A stretch of 13,911 nucleotides of DNA from assembly GCA_043819555.1 (NCBI GenBank), contig JBDREQ010000034.1:1-13911 (forward strand). The letters are read 5' to 3'. Made by a program: the position numbers and the translations under genes. Positions 1 to 6,900 of this stretch are shown piece after piece. The notes below the pieces were generated by a model. The model was not told where the DNA came from. It did not search any database and worked only from the letters and a program-made list of their open reading frames with translations. This DNA comes from Candidatus Zixiibacteriota bacterium (GTDB lineage: Bacteria; Zixibacteria; MSB-5A5; GN15; JAAZOE01). Position 1 is the stretch's first letter, and every line of letters starts with the position of its first letter.

Positions 1-141
1 AGGAGTGTGAACGAAGAGAGGATTAAATTTGTAATTAGAGCTAGCCAGGGGGCGGTGAATTTGAGTTCTCTTTGCCGTGAATTTGGTATAAGTCGTCCCA
101 CCGGTTACCTCTGGTTGGATCGCTATCGAGAGGCTGGCAGT
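1..141 (+). mobile_element. Truncated fragment of the IS481-family transposase 5' region (N-terminal HTH part), inverted relative to the copy at the right end
   Basis: 1-141 is the exact reverse complement of 13771-13911. Identity stops after ...GAGGCTGGCAGT: the next bases are AAGGG here and CTGTC in the intact copy. Confidence 0.93.
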
Positions 142-170
142 AAGGGCGGCATCCCCGTGATGCCGCCATT
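140..170 (+). repeat. REP-like hairpin
   Basis: GTAAG + GGCGGCATC (145-153) - loop CCCGT - GATGCCGCC (159-167) + ATT. Perfect 9-bp stem with a GTAR foot, same layout as the hairpin at 1892-1921. Confidence 0.6.
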
Positions 171-301
171 ATCGGTAATTTCCCGCTTTGAGGAATTGTC
201 AGGAGCTCTTCAGGCTCTTTCCCTGCGATTTTGAAACTGATAAACGATTCGGCAACACATTCGAAGTACGCAGACTAATAATCTGAATGGATTCTGTCCC
301 C

Positions 302-338
302 CCCGCCTCTTGTAAATTGTCTCGTTTTTGCGTAGTAT
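302..338 (+). promoter_or_regulatory. Sigma70-like promoter in direct-repeat copy 1, upstream of the glycosyltransferase
   Basis: TTGTAA (310-315) - 17 bp - TAGTAT (333-338). 302-334 matches 1832-1864 at 31/33 nt. Confidence 0.55.
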
Positions 339-465
339 TTCCGCTGTAATTAAAAATTGGTTTGGCGTTTAGAGATAAAATTGCCATGTTATGTTATAGT
401 CGAAATCCGATCCGTATGCCAAAAGCCGATAATTTAGGGAATTGCCGTAATCTGTCAAACAGCTC

Positions 466-1824
466 ATGAATACAGATGACAATAATACATCGTTATTGAA
501 GATATTAGTAATAGTCTTTGGGGTTGCACTCACGCTGCGATTGGTTTTTTTTATTTGTATGGTCAATCAGGTGGATCCGGCCACCCTTGGCGAACTCTCA
601 CCGGATATGACCGGCTATGTCAATGCGGCCCATACAATTTTAGACAACTTTAGTATGGACTCACGTGGCGTGATTATTTTTGGTCCGGGATACCCGGTAT
701 TTTTAGCCATCGCACTTTTTATCTTCCGCAGTTTGGTTGCGGCTATTATTCTACAGATTGTCATAAGTTCGCTGGCGTCCTCTCTTCTGGCGCTATTGGC
801 ATACAATCTAACGCAAAAGAAATCAATCGCCCTCACGGCCGGCCTGTTTAATTCAATATCGCTGACATCAATTTCCCTTGCCAATGCGGCCCTCTCGGAC
901 ACTCTTTTTTTTATACTTATATTGACGGGTTTTTTACTGTACCTAAGAATCCTTGAGAAAATTCGGTCATGTAAATTTTTGGAAGATGATCCACCACATC
1001 AACCGGGTTACTGGAAATTAGCGGTTTTAACGGGTCTAATATTCTCGGCCGCAACTTTGACGCGGTCAATCGGATTATTCGTTTTTATAATTCTTATCAT
1101 CTACACCTATTTTATTTATAGAGCGCATCCAAATCGCGGCAAATGGATATTCTGGTATTTTATTAAACCTTCTATGATTATCACTATCATCATGCTAAGC
1201 ATCACTGCCGGCTGGGTAATTAGAAATTATAGTCTATACGATATGCCATCCCCCGCTCTGTCCGGACTAGTGGCGCAATTCAGGATGGCGGCCTTTATTG
1301 AATCAAAAGCGACCGATGTTGATTATGATAGCATTTTCCAGTTATACGGCAATAAAATATCGGCATCCCCCGACTCATCTTTGCATTATTATGGCCGATA
1401 TGGTAAAATTGCCCGGAGTGCATTTAAAAAAGTAATGACAGAATATCCACTATTATCAGTGAAGATGCTGGCACAAAACATAAACAGTAATGTTCATTGC
1501 GAATCGGAATTACACGGCGCCCAGGTTCCGGAAATCATGCCGCTTTATCGACGCATAATAAAAAATGTTTACAAAAAGGGATTAAATTACAGAGAGACTC
1601 TCCTGTGCCTTTTGGGGCTGGCATGGATGATTCGAAAGAAACAATATTTACCGGCAATTTTGTTATCTATGATTTGGGTCTATTTTGCGATTCTTTCGGG
1701 ATTCACTCTCTGGCAGGGCTCGCGTATTTTTTACCCTGGCCAAATAAGCACAAGCATTTTAATGGCGGCCGCGATTTATTATTCGTCGTTCTTATTCATT
1801 GAAAAATTCAACAACCATAAATAA
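466..1824 (+). CDS. Polytopic membrane glycosyltransferase, GT-C fold (ArnT/PMT-like, GT39/GT83-type)
   Basis: 452 aa with many hydrophobic helices; PD-x-x-x-Y in the first loop, PGYP, LSDTLF, A-T-L-T-R, W-x-x-RNY and a late R-x-x-x-P motif, as in ArnT/PMT-like enzymes. Confidence 0.82.
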   Translation: MNTDDNNTSLLKILVIVFGVALTLRLVFFICMVNQVDPATLGELSPDMTGYVNAAHTILDNFSMDSRGVIIFGPGYPVFLAIALFIFRSLVAAIILQIVISSLASSLLALLAYNLTQKKSIALTAGLFNSISLTSISLANAALSDTLFFILILTGFLLYLRILEKIRSCKFLEDDPPHQPGYWKLAVLTGLIFSAATLTRSIGLFVFIILIIYTYFIYRAHPNRGKWIFWYFIKPSMIITIIMLSITAGWVIRNYSLYDMPSPALSGLVAQFRMAAFIESKATDVDYDSIFQLYGNKISASPDSSLHYYGRYGKIARSAFKKVMTEYPLLSVKMLAQNINSNVHCESELHGAQVPEIMPLYRRIIKNVYKKGLNYRETLLCLLGLAWMIRKKQYLPAILLSMIWVYFAILSGFTLWQGSRIFYPGQISTSILMAAAIYYSSFLFIEKFNNHK

Positions 1825-1831
1825 GAATTGG

Positions 1832-1868
1832 CCCGCCTCTTGTAAATTATCTCGTTTTTACGTATCAT
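1832..1868 (+). promoter_or_regulatory. Sigma70-like promoter in direct-repeat copy 2, upstream of the three hypothetical genes
   Basis: TTGTAA (1840-1845) - 17 bp - TATCAT (1863-1868); near-identical to 302-334. Confidence 0.6.
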
Positions 1869-1891
1869 AACATATTGTAATTGATAATTGA

Positions 1892-1921
1892 AATGTCGAA
1901 ACCGCAGGGGTTTCGACCTAC
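1892..1921 (-). repeat. REP-like hairpin with canonical GTAG foot
   Basis: Minus strand reads GTAG-GTCGAAACC-CCTGC-GGTTTCGAC-ATT: a perfect 9-bp stem directly after GTAG, in intergenic DNA. Confidence 0.72.
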
Positions 1922-1996
1922 AAGAAGGCCATAAAAAAATAGTTCAGCGTTTTGGTTTTTCGGAGCGGTGAATCGAAAGCTTCAGAAAGGTATATT

Positions 1997-2221
1997 ATGA
2001 CGGATAAAAAACCCCCGGCGTTAAAACTCGTCGTCAACGGGCAGGTCAGGGAAATTACATTTGAGGAATTGACGCTCTCGAATAACCTTGCACAGGAAGC
2101 GCTCGTCCGGCTTTTGGTGGACAAAAAAATAATCAATCCTAAAGAAATGATGGAATATCTCAACAAGGTCAAAGAAGAGCGATACAAAATGGAGCCGCCT
2201 CCGGAGCAAAGCGATAACTAA
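1997..2221 (+). CDS. Small hypothetical protein (74 aa)
   Basis: ATG 1997 preceded by GAAAGG (1985-1990); MTDKKPPALKLVVNGQVREITFEELTLSNNLAQEALVRLL...; 6 bp gap to the next gene. Start moved from 1952. Confidence 0.75.
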   Translation: MTDKKPPALKLVVNGQVREITFEELTLSNNLAQEALVRLLVDKKIINPKEMMEYLNKVKEERYKMEPPPEQSDN

Positions 2222-2227
2222 TTTTAT

Positions 2228-2707
2228 ATGGAAACCAAAAACAAGAATATCGACAATAATGATTCGGCAAATTCGACCGAGTCGGAACCAACACCCCTCT
2301 ACGAATATCTCTGCCACCCGGTCAAACGCAATCGAACCGTTTCGATTCTCGTCATCATGGTAATGTTCATTTGCCTGGTTTTGACGTATTTTGTCACAGA
2401 CTCATCCTTCATGACGTTTCTGGGAGCGGTCATACTTTTTGGAGCGCTGTCGGGATTCTTCTTTCCGACCCGCTATTTCTTTTATGAAGATCATTTCATC
2501 GTCAAAACCAAAACGCAGGCTCTGCGCAAAGAATGGTCGCAATATCGGTCGTATTATCCCGACAAAAACGGCGTCTTGCTGTCGCCATTTGCCCGGCCGA
2601 CGCGGCTTGAGAATTTTCGCGGAATCTATATAAAATTCGAAAAGAACAAAGACGAGGTCATGAAAATCGTAAAATCCAGGATTGCCTTTGAGAAAGACAA
2701 AACATGA
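2228..2707 (+). CDS. Hypothetical membrane protein (two TM helices plus a soluble beta-rich, possibly PH-like/YcxB-like domain)
   Basis: 159 aa; two hydrophobic segments, then PTRYFF...GVLLSPF..P.RLENFRG; ATGA overlap with the next ORF. Confidence 0.8.
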   Translation: METKNKNIDNNDSANSTESEPTPLYEYLCHPVKRNRTVSILVIMVMFICLVLTYFVTDSSFMTFLGAVILFGALSGFFFPTRYFFYEDHFIVKTKTQALRKEWSQYRSYYPDKNGVLLSPFARPTRLENFRGIYIKFEKNKDEVMKIVKSRIAFEKDKT

Positions 2708-3183
2708 GTATTTTTAAGCAGATGTTTTCTTCATCCGGTCCCGACCCCGCCAAAGATCCGAACAAGATTCCCCCGAATGAAGACGCGGTTTTGGAAAAAG
2801 TCGCCGAGAAAGTTATTCAATGGCGCATGGCCGTTCCGGCGATCATGTTTCTCGAATCGGTCAAACCGCTCAATTATATCGGGGCGCAGGCAATGGTTTT
2901 TTTCCAGCCGATCGTGCAATCGGTTTTCACCATCAAGGATTATGATGATCTCCGGCAGGCTTTGGAGCGGCGCGAAAATATCGAGAATCTGCTCCAAAAG
3001 ATTGAACGGCTCGACGCCGTTTCATACCGCAAAGAAAAATTGATTAAGAAAAAATATAAAGAGCAAAAGAAAAACTGGAAATGGTATCAGCGCTGGCTGG
3101 GGATCGCTCAACCCCGGATCGAAATTAGCCCGGCCGAACTCGAAGCGCTGGAAAAAGGCGAGAAAAAAGATAACGGCAAGTAA
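2704..3183 (+). CDS. Hypothetical protein (PAIMFLESVKPLN motif) with basic/aromatic C-terminal extension
   Basis: 159 aa; coupled to the upstream gene by an ATGA overlap; protein-like composition. Confidence 0.8.
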   Translation: MSIFKQMFSSSGPDPAKDPNKIPPNEDAVLEKVAEKVIQWRMAVPAIMFLESVKPLNYIGAQAMVFFQPIVQSVFTIKDYDDLRQALERRENIENLLQKIERLDAVSYRKEKLIKKKYKEQKKNWKWYQRWLGIAQPRIEISPAELEALEKGEKKDNGK

Positions 3184-3184
3184 T

Positions 3185-4033
3185 TTATTTTCCCGCATGA
3201 CGCATAAATTGATTGGCAATTACTGAGAGCATATATACACCACCCGCCACAACAATTATCACCGCACCGGAGGGCAAATTGGGGCCGTAACTGACGCTTA
3301 AGCCGAAAGTGGTAAAGAGCAGGCTCAATATGGTCGCCAGAACCATCATCCGGCCAAGCGATTTGGTAAAATGACCGGCGATCGCGGCCGGCAGCGTAAT
3401 TAGCGCGATGACCAGAATAATGCCGACGACGGTAACAAGAAGCACGACCGTCATGGCGGTTAAAATCAATAGCAGGAGATAATACAATTCGACATTGATC
3501 CCCCGCAATCGGGCGAATTCTTCGTCGAAGCAAATCGCCTGAAGCTGATTATAAAACATGAAGGCCATCGCTATGACGAAAAGATCCAGAATACAAATTA
3601 GCCACAAATCACTCGCCGTGACAAGTAGGATGTCACCGAAAAGGTAGCTCATCAAATCCTGATTATAACCGGGAGTTTGCGAAATAAAGAGAATTCCCAC
3701 CGCCATCCCCATCGCCCAAAGGGCGCCAATGACGGTATCTTCCCTTTGTTTGGCGCGGACACTAACCAGCCCGATGATAAGGGCCGCCAAAATAGCCGAT
3801 ACCACAGCCCCATGGAGAGGCTCCAGCCAGCTCCATCCATAAACTACATTGAAATATTTGGCCGCACCCATTCCTCCTAATATAAAATGAGAAATCGCCC
3901 CGGCGACATAGCTGATTCGGCGCGTAACGACATAGCTGCCGACAACGCCGCAGGCAACCGATGCCAGAATTCCGGTTAACAAAGCATACCGCAAAAATTG
4001 ATAATCGCCAACAGCCGACCAGAACTCAATCAT
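3185..4033 (-). CDS. znuB: Zn/Mn ABC transporter permease (ZnuB/ABC-3 family)
   Basis: 282 aa; G-S-Y-V-V-T-R-R, A-I-S-H, YLFGDIL, FDEEFARLRGIN, VVGIILV..LITLPA motifs of ABC-3 permeases. Confidence 0.92.
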   Translation of the reverse strand: MIEFWSAVGDYQFLRYALLTGILASVACGVVGSYVVTRRISYVAGAISHFILGGMGAAKYFNVVYGWSWLEPLHGAVVSAILAALIIGLVSVRAKQREDTVIGALWAMGMAVGILFISQTPGYNQDLMSYLFGDILLVTASDLWLICILDLFVIAMAFMFYNQLQAICFDEEFARLRGINVELYYLLLLILTAMTVVLLVTVVGIILVIALITLPAAIAGHFTKSLGRMMVLATILSLLFTTFGLSVSYGPNLPSGAVIIVVAGGVYMLSVIANQFMRHAGK

Positions 4034-4859
4034 TGGATGATTTTTCCTTCCGGTCGCCGCGCTGAATATTATCTATCGTTTTCTGGAGTCGCGCGCATCG
4101 TTCGCAATCTTCGGTATGCGGACAGGTGACGTCGCTGTGGCTGACATAGCGGACCTGGCCGCCATATAATTCCGAAATTATTTCCCCGGTGACGGCATGA
4201 GTCGGATGCATGACCACTTTTTGATTGACGCATACAACCGATTTTATGAACGGCGCGACAAATCCGGCGTCATGAGTCACCATAACAATCGTTATCCGTT
4301 CATTCAGGTTTTGGAGGAGGTTATAAATTTCGTCCTGCACTCCGGGGTCAACGTGGGCGGTCGGTTCGTCCAATAGCAATATCCCGGCATTGGTAGCCAA
4401 TGCCCTGGCAATCAGTACCCGTTGGCGCTGTCCGCCCGATAATTCCGCAAAGGAGCGATTGGCCAAATCGATAATCTCTACTTCGTTCATGCTTTTATCG
4501 ACGGCCTGTTGATCTTTTTTTCCAAAACTTCCCCAGCTTTTGCCAATATTGAGACGCCCCATCAAAACCACATCACGTACGCGTATGGGAAACTTGGGAT
4601 CAAAATGAAAATGCTGCGGTACATATCCGATTGATTTCCTGGCATTTTCAGGGGATTCGCCGCATACTCTTATCCTGCCCTTATCCGGCTTCAACAGCCC
4701 GAGGATTAATTTGAGCATTGTCGTTTTGCCGCCGCCGTTGGGCCCGACGACGCTTATGAAATCGAGATGATTGAAATGTATATTAACGTCGATTAATGCC
4801 GGGCGTCCATTGTAGGAGAATGACACGTTTTCGAATATGATTACCGATTCGTTATTCAT
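4026..4859 (-). CDS. znuC: Zn/Mn ABC transporter ATP-binding protein with Cys/His C-terminal tail
   Basis: Walker A GPNGGGKT, Q-loop IGYVPQ, signature LSGGQRQR, Walker B LLLDEP, H-loop VTHD. Confidence 0.93.
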   Translation of the reverse strand: MNNESVIIFENVSFSYNGRPALIDVNIHFNHLDFISVVGPNGGGKTTMLKLILGLLKPDKGRIRVCGESPENARKSIGYVPQHFHFDPKFPIRVRDVVLMGRLNIGKSWGSFGKKDQQAVDKSMNEVEIIDLANRSFAELSGGQRQRVLIARALATNAGILLLDEPTAHVDPGVQDEIYNLLQNLNERITIVMVTHDAGFVAPFIKSVVCVNQKVVMHPTHAVTGEIISELYGGQVRYVSHSDVTCPHTEDCERCARLQKTIDNIQRGDRKEKSSND

Positions 4860-4870
4860 AAGCGGACCAT

Positions 4871-5794
4871 CTATTTACTCAATGCCTTTTTAATCGCCTT
4901 CGCCATCGCCTTCATATTATTCAGATAATCTTCAGCAAGAGGGTCGAGCGAAATCACATCGCATCCAATCTCATCGGCGATTGATTGTGCTGTTCTTTGG
5001 GAAAATTGTTCTTGCACGATAATCGCATCGACTTTTTCTTTTCCGGCAAAATCAATCAACTCGGCCAGCCGTTTGCCGCCCGGTTCCTTCCCCTCCACCT
5101 GAACCGCGATTTGCCTCAGGCCATAACGGTCTGTAAAATATCCGAATGATGGATGGAACACCAAAAGCCCCCTCCCGACATACTCTGATAACAATTTTCC
5201 AATCTGTAAATCCAGAGAATCAAGTTCGGTCTGAAACGATTTGAGATTTGATTCAAAATAAGGTTTTTGCTGAGGATATATTTCAATCAAAGCACTGCAA
5301 ATATTTTCACCCTGTCTTTTGACCAACTGCGGGTTGAGCCAGATATGGGGATCGTATGCGCCATGTTGATGACTATCTTCTTCGTCAAGATCATGATCAT
5401 GCGAATGATCATCCATCCGACGCAATTTAATTCCATTTTGAGTTTTTATGATTTTAATGTTTGGAAACAATTTTGTCGCTTTTGTCAGCAATCTCTCTTC
5501 GAATGGGACGCCGATGGTAAACAGTAAATCTGATTTCGATAGCGCCGCAATCTGTTTGGGTGTAGCATTGAATGTCGCCGGAGACTGGCCCGGCCCGACT
5601 AAAACCGATACTTCGATAAACTCCCCGCCAATCCTTTCGACAAAGTATTTTTGAGGCAGAATGCTGACAAATGCCTGTATTTTATTATTTGTCTGCGCCT
5701 GAACTTCATAGTTTATGAAAAACGTCGTTACGCCGACAACTACCGGGAAGAGCCAGCGCCAAATCACTTTACATTTATTCAATATTCTCTTCAC
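4871..5794 (-). CDS. znuA: Cluster A-I metal-binding protein, zinc-type (His/Asp-rich loop)
   Basis: VSILPQKYFVERIGG, loop DDHSHDHDLDEEDSHQH, DPHIWLNP, VFHPSFGYF, GKEP, LDPL. N-terminal hydrophobic export signal; GTG start overlaps the upstream TGA (GTGA). Confidence 0.9.
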   Translation of the reverse strand: MKRILNKCKVIWRWLFPVVVGVTTFFINYEVQAQTNNKIQAFVSILPQKYFVERIGGEFIEVSVLVGPGQSPATFNATPKQIAALSKSDLLFTIGVPFEERLLTKATKLFPNIKIIKTQNGIKLRRMDDHSHDHDLDEEDSHQHGAYDPHIWLNPQLVKRQGENICSALIEIYPQQKPYFESNLKSFQTELDSLDLQIGKLLSEYVGRGLLVFHPSFGYFTDRYGLRQIAVQVEGKEPGGKRLAELIDFAGKEKVDAIIVQEQFSQRTAQSIADEIGCDVISLDPLAEDYLNNMKAMAKAIKKALSK

Positions 5795-6069
5795 TTTTTA
5801 TAAGTCTTTTTAATCGTATGTTTGCAGGCAATATATTTTTCATGACAATCATCGCATTCTTTGACCGAATGAGAGTGAGAAAATCTATCCCAATGATCTT
5901 TCTGGCTCATCGTTAAGAATCCTGCCCCCTGGCACAATGGGCAGGTCGATGCCAGAGCTGAAGTCACGGCCGCACGAATAAACTCGGACCGATTGGGAAC
6001 GCTTTTGAGCGCCTCAGCCAGCGTCTCATCGACTTTGAAAGTTATCACTTCGTCTTTATGCTTTTTCAT
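5791..6069 (-). CDS. Ribbon-helix-helix (CopG/MetJ/Arc-like) regulator with C-terminal Cys/His metal-binding module (92 aa)
   Basis: ATG 6069 with GGAGA (6081-6077) upstream. EVITFKVDETLAEAL...NRSEFIRAAV fits the RHH pattern, followed by CPLC-x-G-x-G, HW..F.HSH and CDDCH..C. Start moved from 6156. Confidence 0.82.
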   Translation of the reverse strand: MKKHKDEVITFKVDETLAEALKSVPNRSEFIRAAVTSALASTCPLCQGAGFLTMSQKDHWDRFSHSHSVKECDDCHEKYIACKHTIKKTYKK

Positions 6070-6098
6070 GGCCGTATCTCCAATTAGATATTCCCACA

Positions 6099-6117
6099 AA
6101 GTAATACGAAGTAATAC
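6099..6117. promoter_or_regulatory. Candidate operator of the RHH regulator: tandem AAGTAATAC with a 10-bp period
   Basis: AAGTAATAC at 6099-6107 and 6109-6117; core GTA-A-TAC is pseudo-palindromic; 30-48 bp upstream of the RHH start, in the divergent RHH/pirin gap. Confidence 0.55.
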
Positions 6118-6201
6118 CAAAAAACAATAAGTTTTTGTCACGGGAACAACGGGCAAGTTTCATTGTTGTTAAATATCCATAACACAGGACAAAGGCGGTG
6201 C

Positions 6202-6900
6202 ATGATAAAAGTACGCAAATCCAATGAGCGCGGCCATTTTGACCACGGCTGGCTCGATACCTATCATACATTTTCTTTCGCGCACTATAACGATCCCGAT
6301 TTCATGGGCTTTGGTTCTTTGTGTGTCCTTAACGAGGATAAAATCCAGCCCGGTACCGAATTCGGCTCACATCCGCACAAAGATATGGAAATTATCACCT
6401 ACCTGCTGTCGGGAGAACTGACTCATAAAGACAGTATGGGAAACGGCTCGACGATATATCCCGGCGACATTCAGCGGATGACCGCGGGCTCCGGGATATT
6501 TCACAGCGAATCAAACAATTCCAAATACACGACCACGCATCTGTTTCAAATTTGGGTATTTCCGGATAAAAAAGGACGCCAACCCGAATACGAGCAAAAG
6601 ACATTTCCTTTTCCCGGAAAACAAAACGCCCTGCGGATGATTATCTCGCCAGACGGCACGGATAATACCATAAGAATCCATCAGGATTTATATATGTATG
6701 ATTCGACTCTGGAAAGAGGCCAATCACTTACATATCGCTTTGTTAAAAAACGCTGCGGCTGGATTCAACTAGCTTCGGGTGAATTACACGTGAACGGTGA
6801 TTTGCTTGCTGCCGGGGATGGCGCGGCGATCAGTAGCGAGAGAGATATCATTTTCAAAGCCGAAACAGACTGCGAATTTATCCTGTTTGATCTGGCTTAA
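6202..6900 (+). CDS. Pirin-family bicupin (YhhW-like)
   Basis: MIKVRKSNERGHFDHGWLDTYHTFSFA; F-G-S-H-P-H-K-D-M-E-I-I-T-Y; QRMTAGSGIFHSE; FQIW; C-terminal FILFDLA. ATG at 6202 preferred over TTG at 6163. Confidence 0.93.
   Translation: MIKVRKSNERGHFDHGWLDTYHTFSFAHYNDPDFMGFGSLCVLNEDKIQPGTEFGSHPHKDMEIITYLLSGELTHKDSMGNGSTIYPGDIQRMTAGSGIFHSESNNSKYTTTHLFQIWVFPDKKGRQPEYEQKTFPFPGKQNALRMIISPDGTDNTIRIHQDLYMYDSTLERGQSLTYRFVKKRCGWIQLASGELHVNGDLLAAGDGAAISSERDIIFKAETDCEFILFDLA

Noticed and set aside
7..234. 75-aa ORF as a real gene
   Set aside because: Chimera: the first 45 codons are transposase, and the rest is read-through into the hairpin and intergenic DNA. The AGGAG is only 1 nt from the GTG, too close to be an RBS.
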